Origin: an uncultured Clostridia bacterium
GTDB lineage: Bacteria; Bacillota; Clostridia; TANB77; CAG-508
Direction of reading: 5' to 3'
Length of the DNA: 64,000 nt
NCBI GenBank assembly: GCA_947589015.1
Contig: CANPZF010000004.1
Location: 8,726 to 72,725, forward strand
Both the position numbers and the translations under genes were made by a program. Shown here one piece after another: positions 24,952 to 34,331 of this stretch (the stretch's first letter is position 1; each line of letters begins with the position of its first letter). The notes under the pieces were generated by a model. The model saw nothing but the letters and a program-made list of their open reading frames with translations, was not told the origin of the DNA and did no database searches.

Positions 24952-25197
24952 TTATTGCTCTAATTCTGTTTTTACTGTGCTTATTTCTGTTGTAGTTGCT
25001 TTTTGAGCTGGTTTATAATATCCTTTCGATTCTGCTATTTTAAATAATTCATATTGAAAGCTTTCATCATTGTTTCTTATTTGTTGAAATGTTTGTCTTA
25101 ATTGCATATTTTCTGATTCTGATATAGCTGTTTGATATGCTGTTAAATCGGCCTTTACATTTCCTAAAATATCATTTACCATTGTTTTCTCGTCCAT
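24952..25197 (-). CDS. spore coat protein, CotF-like domain
   Basis: 81 aa, MVNDILGNVKADLTAYQTAISESENMQLRQTFQQIRNNDESFQYELFKIAESKGYY. Confidence 0.6.
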   Translation of the reverse strand: MDEKTMVNDILGNVKADLTAYQTAISESENMQLRQTFQQIRNNDESFQYELFKIAESKGYYKPAQKATTTEISTVKTELEQ

Positions 25198-25211
25198 TGT
25201 CTTTCCTCCTT

Positions 25212-25400
25212 CTAATTGTTTAAAAAAGTCATTAATTTTTGTTTTGTGTTTAATGCATCTTGAGCTGATTTTGTAAATAATTGCTTAATTTGTGGGTCTA
25301 CTGCTTGTGAAGAATAAGTATTTAGTTTTTGATATGCTGTTTCATGTGCTCCTATTAAGTGCCTTAAATGTTGTAATTCTACTTGTGTTAAATCTGCCAT
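25212..25400 (-). CDS. small spore-coat-associated protein (partner of the CotF-like gene)
   Basis: Start chosen at MADLTQVELQHLRHLIGAHE, preceded by a GGGTGG RBS. The ORF track extends to 25466. Confidence 0.5.
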   Translation of the reverse strand: MADLTQVELQHLRHLIGAHETAYQKLNTYSSQAVDPQIKQLFTKSAQDALNTKQKLMTFLNN

Positions 25401-25521
25401 CTTTCTTAAACCACCCTTTCTTTTTATTCTTATATTATTATTTACAAAATTTATATTTTTATGCATAATTAAAATAAATTATAATATTGTTTATGAGATA
25501 ATGGAAATGTAGTTTTCTTAC

Positions 25522-25567
25522 AACAAAAAAATGTAGGAAAAACGACATTTTTTTCAAATTCCTACAT
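25522..25567 (-). terminator. rho-independent terminator after the 581-aa gene
   Basis: Stem atgtaggaa (25531-25539) / ttcctacat (25559-25567), followed by a T-run on the minus strand. Confidence 0.6.
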
Positions 25568-25609
25568 TTTATATTATTATAACATTTGCAGCAAAGTCAC
25601 CTCAAAGTG

Positions 25610-27355
25610 CTAAGCACCGACCAACACCGCACGGAACCCAATTTGGTAATCACTATTGCCGTCATGCCAGGTGAAAGAGAACAGGCCGGAATCGGCGCCG
25701 AAGCTCCAAGAGCCACCGCGAAGAAAGAATGGAGCGTCAGCAGAGACAAAGTAAGAGCGGTCGCCGTACCAGGAAGTCGAATCAGGGCTGCTAGTAGAAG
25801 TTTCTGCCATTGCGTTTCCAAATACATCTTTATTGGCTTCATAATTCTTTGCTTGTGTATCTTCTGTTCCATTTTTATATACCATTGTATATTTTGTTCC
25901 TTTTACTGCATTTTTACTATCTGTTAAGCTTGCCCCCCACTTTTTCAAGTTATCATTATTATTTGCCAAGTATGTTGCTGTTCTTTCCCATAATCCTCCA
26001 CTTAAATCATATATTCCATATATTGTTCCTGTTGAGCTTGCTTTTGTTCCTGTTTCTTGTTTCCATGTATATATTCCTTCATCACTAGTTGGTGTATTTT
26101 TTGTTACTTCATTTATTTGGTCTACAATTTCTTTTGTTCCACTTATTACTTTTTCTTTCTCATCTTCATCATTAGTTGTTACTCCTGTCATTGCATATAC
26201 ACTGTTCACTCCTGTTTGTCCGTCACTTGATGTTCTTTTTTGTCCTCCTGCATTTAAACTTACATTATTTATTACTATATTTGTTCCATTTAATCCATAT
26301 TTACTTTTACTTAAATATGCTACTGCTCCCCACTCACTATCTTTCATCATATGACTATCTGCTGTTGATGATAATCCATATGGATTTCCTGCTGATGATA
26401 TTTCTTTTGCTAATAAAAATGCATCATTATGATTTATATAATTCATCGAATATGTTGTTCCCATAAACACTGGATATTTTATCTTTGTTTCTGTTGAACC
26501 ATATTCTCCATCTAGCCAGTTTCTCGCCGTGTCACTCTCGTCCTTTTGCGCTTTATTTTCTGCTGCTCCTACCCACACTGTAGGTTGACTATATTTTAAA
26601 TTCGTTGCTTTTACTGCTGCTTTATTATTTCCTTGTGCATATCCTGCTTCAAACTTTGCTACCCATATTCCTCTTAATTCTTTATCCCAGCCACCATTTT
26701 TATATGGTGTTGTTAGTCCTGATTCATTTGTAAATGCTGGATGAACATAATAATCTTTGCTTGTATCTACATCATTTTCTGTTACTCTTTTTGCTGAGTG
26801 TTCTTCTCCTTTTTCATCAAAGTATTTATCTGTTGTTCCTATTAAGAATTTTACATCTACTGTTTTACTTTCACTATTTATTTTATATGCAAATCTTGGT
26901 ATCCACACCCACATGCTTCCATCTTCTGTTTCTACATTTGCCCATTTCTTTTCATCATAATTATACCAACCATCTTCTAAAAATCCTTCATCTCCACTTC
27001 TTAATGTCTTTCCTTTTTCAGTCTCTGTTGGATCTTTAAACATTATTTTTTTCATTCCTGATAATAGTCTTGGTGAATTTACATATTTTGCTTTTTGTTC
27101 TGGAGTCAATCCTTCCAGATTTTCTCCTTCATAGTCTTCTAATGTACTTAAAATTTCTTCTATATCATCTTGTTCCTTTCTTGATGCTGCTTCTGTTTTT
27201 TCTTTTGCTTCTGACGCTTTAGTTAATATACCATTGTCACCTGTTAATGTTGCTATACTTACTCCTGCTAGAATCAACAATACTATTATCGTGATAACTA
27301 ATGCTATTAGTGTTATACCTTTTTCTTGATTTTTGTCTTTTAAAAATATTTTCAT
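25610..27355 (-). CDS. prepilin-like N-terminal leader/TM protein with C-terminal FGE-sulfatase (C-type-lectin fold)-like domain
   Basis: N-terminus KGITLIALVITIIVLLILAGVSIATLTGDNGIL (pilin-type hydrophobic helix). C-terminus ...FFLRGGSWSFGADSGLFSFTWHDGNSDYQIGFRAVLVGA (RGGSW...GFR signature). Confidence 0.7.
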   Translation of the reverse strand: MKIFLKDKNQEKGITLIALVITIIVLLILAGVSIATLTGDNGILTKASEAKEKTEAASRKEQDDIEEILSTLEDYEGENLEGLTPEQKAKYVNSPRLLSGMKKIMFKDPTETEKGKTLRSGDEGFLEDGWYNYDEKKWANVETEDGSMWVWIPRFAYKINSESKTVDVKFLIGTTDKYFDEKGEEHSAKRVTENDVDTSKDYYVHPAFTNESGLTTPYKNGGWDKELRGIWVAKFEAGYAQGNNKAAVKATNLKYSQPTVWVGAAENKAQKDESDTARNWLDGEYGSTETKIKYPVFMGTTYSMNYINHNDAFLLAKEISSAGNPYGLSSTADSHMMKDSEWGAVAYLSKSKYGLNGTNIVINNVSLNAGGQKRTSSDGQTGVNSVYAMTGVTTNDEDEKEKVISGTKEIVDQINEVTKNTPTSDEGIYTWKQETGTKASSTGTIYGIYDLSGGLWERTATYLANNNDNLKKWGASLTDSKNAVKGTKYTMVYKNGTEDTQAKNYEANKDVFGNAMAETSTSSPDSTSWYGDRSYFVSADAPFFLRGGSWSFGADSGLFSFTWHDGNSDYQIGFRAVLVGA

Positions 27356-27669
27356 ATTTTTTTATTTCCTCCTTTTACTCTTATGTTTTTTTAGCACAAA
27401 CTTTTCAAGTTTTTACATTTTCTTTAGTTTACCCCCTTTTTTACATTTTTATTTAAATTATTTTATAATTCCTACGGATTTACAGTTTAGGAACTATAAA
27501 AACAATATTAAAAACGATTTTTATCGATTTTAATTATACATTTTATTTTTTATGTTGTAAATATTTTTTGCGATTTTTGTCGTATTATTTTTGATTTTAA
27601 TCAAATATAAAATCATTCCAAAAAATGATATAAAAAGTTATATTATATTTATAAAAGGTAGGGAAAAAT

Positions 27670-27999
27670 ATGAATAAAAACAACATTAATAAACACATCG
27701 GAAAAATATGTCAAGAATATAGAACGAAAAATAACTTAACACAAAATCAAGTAGCTGAACTAACAGGACTAGAACCAAGACATATAAGTCAAATAGAAAG
27801 AGGTTTATCAAAAGGAAGTATTGATACACTACTAAAATTGTGCAATGCATATAAAATTACTCCTGATATAATTTTATATGATCTATTAGACGAAGATATT
27901 AAAAATTCTGTTTCAATATATAACGAAAAATTCAAAAAATTAAGTAGAAGAGATAAAGAAAGCATTTTATATTTTATAGATTATTTTTTGTCAAAATAA
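27670..27999 (+). CDS. XRE-family HTH transcriptional regulator
   Basis: LTQNQVAELTGLEPRHISQIERG helix-turn-helix. Divergent from the pilin/FGE gene. Confidence 0.85.
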   Translation: MNKNNINKHIGKICQEYRTKNNLTQNQVAELTGLEPRHISQIERGLSKGSIDTLLKLCNAYKITPDIILYDLLDEDIKNSVSIYNEKFKKLSRRDKESILYFIDYFLSK

Positions 28000-28003
28000 A
28001 ATT

Positions 28004-28041
28004 AAACGTATAAATTTGATTTTATATTAATTTATACGTTT
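28004..28041. terminator. terminator hairpin between convergent genes
   Basis: Stem aaacgtataaatt / aatttatacgttt, followed by a T-run. Confidence 0.7.
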
Positions 28042-28045
28042 TTTG

Positions 28046-28321
28046 TTAAATTTTTTTTAAGTCTTCTCCATACTTCACTCCTAATGAATAACTAAGTGCA
28101 AAATAATATTCTTCTGTCTTATAAAATAATTCTATTATCTCATCAAATTGTTCCTTTTGCCTTCCTGTTAAATTCCTTTCTAGTTCATCTATTACTTCAT
28201 AAAGTCTAGTATATTGGTTATTAAAATCTATATTGTTCTTTAATATAGATATTTTCTCTTCAACTAATTCACTAATAAATTTATAAATTCCACTTTCAAA
28301 TATCTCCATTACACAATCCAT
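28046..28321 (-). CDS. hypothetical protein (91 aa, helical)
   Basis: ORF only. No motif recognised. Confidence 0.4.
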   Translation of the reverse strand: MDCVMEIFESGIYKFISELVEEKISILKNNIDFNNQYTRLYEVIDELERNLTGRQKEQFDEIIELFYKTEEYYFALSYSLGVKYGEDLKKI

Positions 28322-28463
28322 CCTTATATTTTATATCTAATTAATAGTATACCCTTAATTAGATTTTTTTACACGTTTTTTATAATATTTTATAAAATTT
28401 TAGTTACTGTAATTAAAAAACAGATATAAATTTGTATTATATCTGTTTTTAAAAATAATTATA

Positions 28464-30776
28464 TTAATCTATTATTTCTAAATTTGCAAATTTTGCCATT
28501 AATCTCTTATGCCCAACTTTATCGAAATTAATATCTACCTTTAAATCTTCCCCTTCTGGCTCCACCATGCTTATTATTCCTTCGCCAAATTTTTTGTGGA
28601 ATACTCTAACTCCACTTGTATATTTTGATAAATCAATCTGATTATTTGTACTTTTCTTTCCTAATCCATTTAAAAAGCTTTCAGCAGTTCTAAAAGCAAA
28701 TCCTTGGCTCTTAGCAGATACCCCTGCTTTTACTGGTTCAATATTCGCAATTTTATATGTATTTACATTTCCATTATTTTTACTTCCATATGTCCATGTA
28801 TAATTAGAGTCTTTAAAAGTAGATATTGTACTTGTTTCTTCACCAAATGCATCTTCATATCCCTCTAATAAATCTTGTGGTATTTCTTCTAAAAATCTTG
28901 ACACTGGATTATAACTAGTAGAACCGAAAATTGTTCTTTGCTTACTACAAGTTAAAAACAAATTCTCTTTTGCTCTAGTTATTCCAACATAACATAGTCT
29001 TCTTTCTTCTTCTAGTTCTTTTGGTTCCATCATTGATTGATAGCCTGGAAAAATTCCTTCTTCCATTCCAACTAAAAATACTGTTGGAAACTCTAATCCT
29101 TTTGCGCTATGTAAAGTCATCATTGTAACACTATCTTCTTCATCTTCTACATTATCTAAATCGCTTGAAAGTGTTATTCCTTCTAAGAATTCACTTAAAG
29201 AATTCTCTGCTGTTTCTTCTTCAAATTCTATTGCTACTGTTAAAAATTCATCTAAGTTTTGAATTCTGTTTTCTGCCTCCACAGTATTTTCCTGCTCTAA
29301 GGCTTTTGTATATCCCGTTTTCTTTAAAGTAAGTTTTATAAGTTCAGAAATTATTAGTTCATCCTTTTTAGCTTTTAGCTCTTCCATTTGATTTATAAAT
29401 TCTCTTGAATTTAAATAAACTCTATTTAATCCATATGAATCTGCATTTTTTATTATTTCATACATAGATACTGCATTTTCATTTGCAATTGCTTCGATTT
29501 TATCTAAACTTGTCTTTCCTATACCTCTTTTAGGCTCATTTATAATTCTTTTTAGACTTAAATTATCAGCACTATTTTGTATTAATCTTAAATATGCTAT
29601 TGTATCTTTTATTTCTTTTCTTTCATAGAATTTTAATCCACCTATAATTTTATATGGAATATTTTCTCTTCGTAAAATATCTTCTATTGCTCTTGATTGT
29701 GTATTCATTCTATATAAAATAGCAAAATCAGAATATTTGTAATATTCTTCTCTTTTTAAATGCTCTATTTGCGTTGCAATATATGAGCCCTCATCATATT
29801 CATTTTCTGCTTTATATACTCTTGGTAGATTTCCATTATCATTTTGTGTCCACAATTCTTTTTTATATTTTACTTCATTATTTTTTATAACTGCATTTGC
29901 AGCTTTTAATATATTTCCTGTACATCTATAGTTTTGCTCTAATTTGATTATTTTTGTTCCTACAAAATCTCTTTCAAAATTCAATATATTAGAAATATCT
30001 GCTCCTCTAAAACTGTAAATTCCTTGGTCATTATCTCCAACCACTGTAATGTTACCATGTTTAGATGCTAATAATGTAACTAATGTAAATTGTGATTTGT
30101 TTGTGTCTTGATATTCATCTACTAGAACATATTTGAATTTGTCTGAAAAATACTCTAGAACATCTGGATTTTCCATTAAAATTCTTATTGTGTAATTAAT
30201 AATATCATCAAAATCAATAGCGTTATTTTCTTTTAATCGTTGTTGATATAATTGATATACTGAAGAAATTTTTTCTTTTCTATAATCTCCTCTTGCTCTT
30301 AAATTATATTGCTCTGGTTCTAACATTTCATTTTTAGCATTACTTATTTCAGATTGTACACTTCTGTCTGTTAGCATTTTATCATCTATTGCTAAATCTT
30401 TTAAACATGCTTTTATTAATGCTCTCTGATCAGATGTATCAAAAATAATAAATGAAGAATCAAATCCAATTCTATCTATAAATCTTCTTAAAATTCTAAC
30501 ACATATAGAATGGAATGTTCCCATCCAAATATCTTTTGATACATCTCCTATTAAGTCATTTATTCTTTGTTTCATTTCATTTGCTGCTTTATTGGTAAAT
30601 GTTATTGCTAATATATTCCATGGGTGAATTTTTTTTTGTCCTATTAAATATGCTATTTTGTGTGTTAATACTTTTGTTTTTCCACTTCCCGCACCAGCTA
30701 TTACCAGGCATGGTCCTTCAGTGTTTATTACTGCTTCATATTGTTTATCATTTAATCCTTCTAATATGTCTTGCAT
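28464..30776 (-). CDS. pcrA: ATP-dependent DNA helicase PcrA (UvrD family)
   Basis: Walker A AGAGSGKTKVLT, DEYQDTN, helicase motifs throughout, 770 aa. Confidence 0.9.
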   Translation of the reverse strand: MQDILEGLNDKQYEAVINTEGPCLVIAGAGSGKTKVLTHKIAYLIGQKKIHPWNILAITFTNKAANEMKQRINDLIGDVSKDIWMGTFHSICVRILRRFIDRIGFDSSFIIFDTSDQRALIKACLKDLAIDDKMLTDRSVQSEISNAKNEMLEPEQYNLRARGDYRKEKISSVYQLYQQRLKENNAIDFDDIINYTIRILMENPDVLEYFSDKFKYVLVDEYQDTNKSQFTLVTLLASKHGNITVVGDNDQGIYSFRGADISNILNFERDFVGTKIIKLEQNYRCTGNILKAANAVIKNNEVKYKKELWTQNDNGNLPRVYKAENEYDEGSYIATQIEHLKREEYYKYSDFAILYRMNTQSRAIEDILRRENIPYKIIGGLKFYERKEIKDTIAYLRLIQNSADNLSLKRIINEPKRGIGKTSLDKIEAIANENAVSMYEIIKNADSYGLNRVYLNSREFINQMEELKAKKDELIISELIKLTLKKTGYTKALEQENTVEAENRIQNLDEFLTVAIEFEEETAENSLSEFLEGITLSSDLDNVEDEEDSVTMMTLHSAKGLEFPTVFLVGMEEGIFPGYQSMMEPKELEEERRLCYVGITRAKENLFLTCSKQRTIFGSTSYNPVSRFLEEIPQDLLEGYEDAFGEETSTISTFKDSNYTWTYGSKNNGNVNTYKIANIEPVKAGVSAKSQGFAFRTAESFLNGLGKKSTNNQIDLSKYTSGVRVFHKKFGEGIISMVEPEGEDLKVDINFDKVGHKRLMAKFANLEIID

Positions 30777-30840
30777 TATTTTCTCCTTTTATATTCAAAT
30801 TTCTGTTTGTATTTTACTATACAAATGTGAATTTTGCAAG

Positions 30841-31308
30841 TTATTTTTGTATCTTTTTGATTAATAAATCTATACATTCTTGTATCTCTGCTACACAGCT
30901 TCTATATGTTTCTATATCATATCCCCATGGATCTTTTATATTTATTTTGTCATGATTTTCTTTGTTATATCCTACATATTCCTTCATTGTAAATACTTTG
31001 CCTTCCAGCTGAGGATATATATCTAAAACTGCTACTTTGTGGCTTAATGTAGCACATAATATTAAATCAACTTCTTTTATATTTGAATTTTGAATATTTG
31101 TTGCCCTATGCCCCTTCATATCTATTCCATATTCACTCATTACTTCTCTTGCTTCATATGTTGGTACATCGCCATTTTGAGCATACACTCCACATGAATT
31201 AACCTCTATATCTGCTATTTTCATATCTTCTATTTTTTTCTTAAGCATTTTTTCTGCCATGGCACTCCTACATATATTTCCAGTACATACAAACATTACT
31301 TTCATCAT
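30841..31308 (-). CDS. low-molecular-weight phosphatase (YwlE-like protein arginine/tyrosine phosphatase)
   Basis: Active-site loop VCTGNICRSAMAE and a DP motif near the C-terminus. Confidence 0.8.
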   Translation of the reverse strand: MMKVMFVCTGNICRSAMAEKMLKKKIEDMKIADIEVNSCGVYAQNGDVPTYEAREVMSEYGIDMKGHRATNIQNSNIKEVDLILCATLSHKVAVLDIYPQLEGKVFTMKEYVGYNKENHDKINIKDPWGYDIETYRSCVAEIQECIDLLIKKIQK

Positions 31309-31381
31309 TTTTCTCCTAAATTTAAATAATCTCTTAATAAAATAATTTATTTATACAATTTTGTCAACTAATTTAATAAAA

Positions 31382-32137
31382 TTATATAATTGTCGCAAAA
31401 ATTCCTATTATAAATCCCATCATATTTCCTAATGCTGTCATTCTTCCATGATATAATTTATTTGATTCTGGTATTAATTCTCCTGATACAATATATAGCA
31501 TTGCTCCTGCCGCAAAGCTCAAACACATTGCTATAACAGTTTCTGAAATTGAACCTACTATGGCTCCAAAAAATGCTCCTATTCCTGTTGTTACTCCTGA
31601 AAGTATAACATAAAATATTATTTTTGATACTTTCATTCCTCCATTTTTCATTGGAACAGACATAGATATACCTTCTGGTATATCATGCAAGCAAATTGCT
31701 AAAGCTAAACTAAGTCCTAATCTCATAGATGCTTCAAAACCTGAACCTATAGCCAATCCTTCTGGAAAATTATGAATAGCCAAACCTATAGATACTATAA
31801 TTCCTGTTTTTAATAAAGTATTTTTACTTTTACTAAATTTTTGATTAAACTTTTTTTCAACTATTAAATCACAAAATATCATTGCCACAATTCCTAATAC
31901 TATACCTATTAATGCATTAATTAAATTTGTAATTTCCAATGCCTCTGGAATTAAGTCAAAACAAATTACAGCCATCATAAGCCCTGAAGCAAATGATAAA
32001 ATAAAACTTAAAAATTTATTTGACTGCTTCTTTATTACAACTCCTAAAATTCCTCCCAAAGTAGTACCAAATGTTCCAAAAAAAAGACCTAATATCGTCG
32101 TTTTTATAATCTCACTCACAAAAAAACTCCTTACCAT
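31382..32137 (-). CDS. ZIP family metal (zinc) transporter
   Basis: Polytopic membrane protein with HNFPEGLAIG and HDIPEG motifs. Confidence 0.8.
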   Translation of the reverse strand: MVRSFFVSEIIKTTILGLFFGTFGTTLGGILGVVIKKQSNKFLSFILSFASGLMMAVICFDLIPEALEITNLINALIGIVLGIVAMIFCDLIVEKKFNQKFSKSKNTLLKTGIIVSIGLAIHNFPEGLAIGSGFEASMRLGLSLALAICLHDIPEGISMSVPMKNGGMKVSKIIFYVILSGVTTGIGAFFGAIVGSISETVIAMCLSFAAGAMLYIVSGELIPESNKLYHGRMTALGNMMGFIIGIFATII

Positions 32138-32172
32138 ATACTTTACTAAAGTTTATGGTAAAAAGTTTTAAT

Positions 32173-33234
32173 TTATTCATCTTCTCCTTTTAGTCTTTCA
32201 GCTCTATCTGCTGCAATCAAATTATCTATCATTTCATCAATGTCACCATTTAAAAAGTTTTCCATTTGATATATGCTCATACCTATTCTATGGTCTGTAA
32301 TTCTTCCCTGAGGATAATTATATGTTCTAATTTTTTCGCTTCTATCTCCTGAACCAACTTGTGACTTTCTTTCATTAGAAATTTGACTGTCCTGCTTTTG
32401 TTTTTCTATTTCATATAATTTTGTTCTAAGCATCTTCATTGCATTATCTCTATTTTGAAATTGAGATCTTTCTGTTTGACATTCTACTACAATTCCTGTA
32501 GGCTCATGTATTAACCTTACAGCTGATGATGTTTTATTTATGTGCTGTCCTCCTGCTCCAGATGAACGAAATACTTCCATTTTTACATCTGCTGGATTAA
32601 TTTCAATTTCTACATCTTCTACTACTGGTAGTACTGCTACAGTTGAAGTTGAAGTGTGTATTCTTCCACTACTTTCTGTGTCTGGTACTCTTTGAACTCT
32701 ATGTACTCCACTTTCAAACTTTAGTCTACTATATACCCCTTTTCCTGAAATCATAAAAGATATTTCTTTATACCCTCCTAATCCAGTTTCATTTTCATTT
32801 AATACTTCTAGTTTCCAATGCTTTTTTTCTGCATACATTGTATACATCCTAAATAATGTTCCTGCAAAAAGTGCTGCTTCTTCTCCTCCTGCTCCTGCTC
32901 TTATTTCACAGATAATATTTTTATCGTCATCAGGATCTTTAGGAATTAACAATATTTTTAGTTCTTCTTCTATTTGTGGTAGTTTTTCTTTTGCCTCATA
33001 ATATTCTGCTTCAGCTAATTCTTTTAGCTCTTTATCTTCCATCATTTCTTTTGCTTCATCCATTGCTTGTTGTGTTTTTTTATACTCTCTATATTTTAAT
33101 ACAATATCTTCAATACTTGCATGCTCTTTCATTAATTTTTGCCATTCAGTTTGATTGGAAATTACTTCAGGATCACTTATCATTTTTGTTAACTCTTCAT
33201 ATCTTTTCTCTACTAAGTCTAGCTTATCAAACAT
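32173..33234 (-). CDS. prfA: peptide chain release factor 1
   Basis: GGQ motif ([18 protein letters not shown]). Length and overall sequence are RF1-like. Confidence 0.9.
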   Translation of the reverse strand: MFDKLDLVEKRYEELTKMISDPEVISNQTEWQKLMKEHASIEDIVLKYREYKKTQQAMDEAKEMMEDKELKELAEAEYYEAKEKLPQIEEELKILLIPKDPDDDKNIICEIRAGAGGEEAALFAGTLFRMYTMYAEKKHWKLEVLNENETGLGGYKEISFMISGKGVYSRLKFESGVHRVQRVPDTESSGRIHTSTSTVAVLPVVEDVEIEINPADVKMEVFRSSGAGGQHINKTSSAVRLIHEPTGIVVECQTERSQFQNRDNAMKMLRTKLYEIEKQKQDSQISNERKSQVGSGDRSEKIRTYNYPQGRITDHRIGMSIYQMENFLNGDIDEMIDNLIAADRAERLKGEDE

Positions 33235-33340
33235 ACCTTTTCTCCTTCACTCTTTATTTGTATGAAATATTATACTACTTTTACCTACTTTTTACAAGTA
33301 TTTATTATTTTTTTCATACAACAAAAATAGGAGTTTCCTC

Positions 33341-34138
33341 CTATTCTTCATATGCTTTTTTATATTTTATATAGAAAATAATTGTTACCGTTACTCCTAC
33401 AAAAATAGCTAATACTAAAAAACTAACATTTCCTGCATATGGCAATTTTGTAGTAGCTTGATTTCCTGAGTTTGCTGGTTTTTGAGTACTTCCACTAGTG
33501 CTACTTCCATTTCCATTGCTACTATTGCCATTTCCATTTGAACCGCTTGGGTTATTCGGTTGCTCTGGTTGACTTGGATTATTTGGATTGTCTGGGTTGT
33601 CTGGACTATCTGGATTATCTGGGTTATCTGGTTCTGTATCGCCTTCATTTGCCACTTTAATAGTAAAAGGTACGTCATCAATAGTAAATTGCGTATTATC
33701 ATCTGCTGAAAATTCATTTTTACTTAGAGTCACCGTATATTCTCCTACTTTTGTTTCTTGCTTTGCAGTTAACACTATACTTGCTATAGTTTGATCTGCT
33801 ATAGTTCCTTCCAAGTTAGATGTTGTAAAAGTAATTGAGTTTTCTATTTTTGTACAATTCCACTCGTCTTCAGTTTTCACTGAAAAATTCTTTTCAAATA
33901 TATCTTCATCATATTCTAATATAGCATTATATATAACTATTCCATTTCCTGCTTGTATATTAGATACATAAACTTCTAATTCAATTTGTTCTCCAGGTTT
34001 TATCGTTTCTTTATTTGGAATCATTTTTAATTCACATGTATAGTCACTTTCGGCAAAAACTTTTGTGTTTACTCCGACAATAACCATTAATATTAGTATC
34101 ATTAATACACTCATTCTTTGTACAATACATTTAATCAT
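33341..34138 (-). CDS. surface protein: signal peptide, cohesin-like domain, Pro/Asn linker, LPxxG-like sorting signal
   Basis: Signal peptide ending VFAESD. Linker DNPDNPDSPDNPDNPNNPSQPEQPNNPS. C-terminus KLPYAGNVSFLVLAIFVGVTVTIIFYIKYKK (motif, TM segment, basic tail). Confidence 0.65.
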   Translation of the reverse strand: MIKCIVQRMSVLMILILMVIVGVNTKVFAESDYTCELKMIPNKETIKPGEQIELEVYVSNIQAGNGIVIYNAILEYDEDIFEKNFSVKTEDEWNCTKIENSITFTTSNLEGTIADQTIASIVLTAKQETKVGEYTVTLSKNEFSADDNTQFTIDDVPFTIKVANEGDTEPDNPDNPDSPDNPDNPNNPSQPEQPNNPSGSNGNGNSSNGNGSSTSGSTQKPANSGNQATTKLPYAGNVSFLVLAIFVGVTVTIIFYIKYKKAYEE

Positions 34139-34331
34139 AAGTCTTTTCCCCCTATTATAAGTTATCTATAATTACTATATCCTATTTCTACATTTTTTTC
34201 AACAATACTTTTTTTATTCTTAAAAAAAAGTCTATATGTATACGCATTTATATTGTTTGTTATATTTTTGTTACATATTGATTACATTTATATTACACTT
34301 AAAACATTACTTACAATATCTACATTATTTA

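Noticed and set aside
25400-25466. N-terminal extensions in the ORF track for 25212..25466, 56882..56941 (dnaX), 54501..54524 (recR), 41451..41465 and 39716..39724.
   Set aside because: Internal ATGs preceded by GGAGG-type RBS give N-termini that match the family consensus. The dnaX extension would overlap the SRP RNA.
25586-25927. ORFs 25586..25927 (+) and 25597..25872 (-), which overlap the 3' end of the 581-aa gene.
   Set aside because: They are open only because the local GC-rich, A-poor composition removes stop codons. The FGE-like frame is the one with recognisable motifs.
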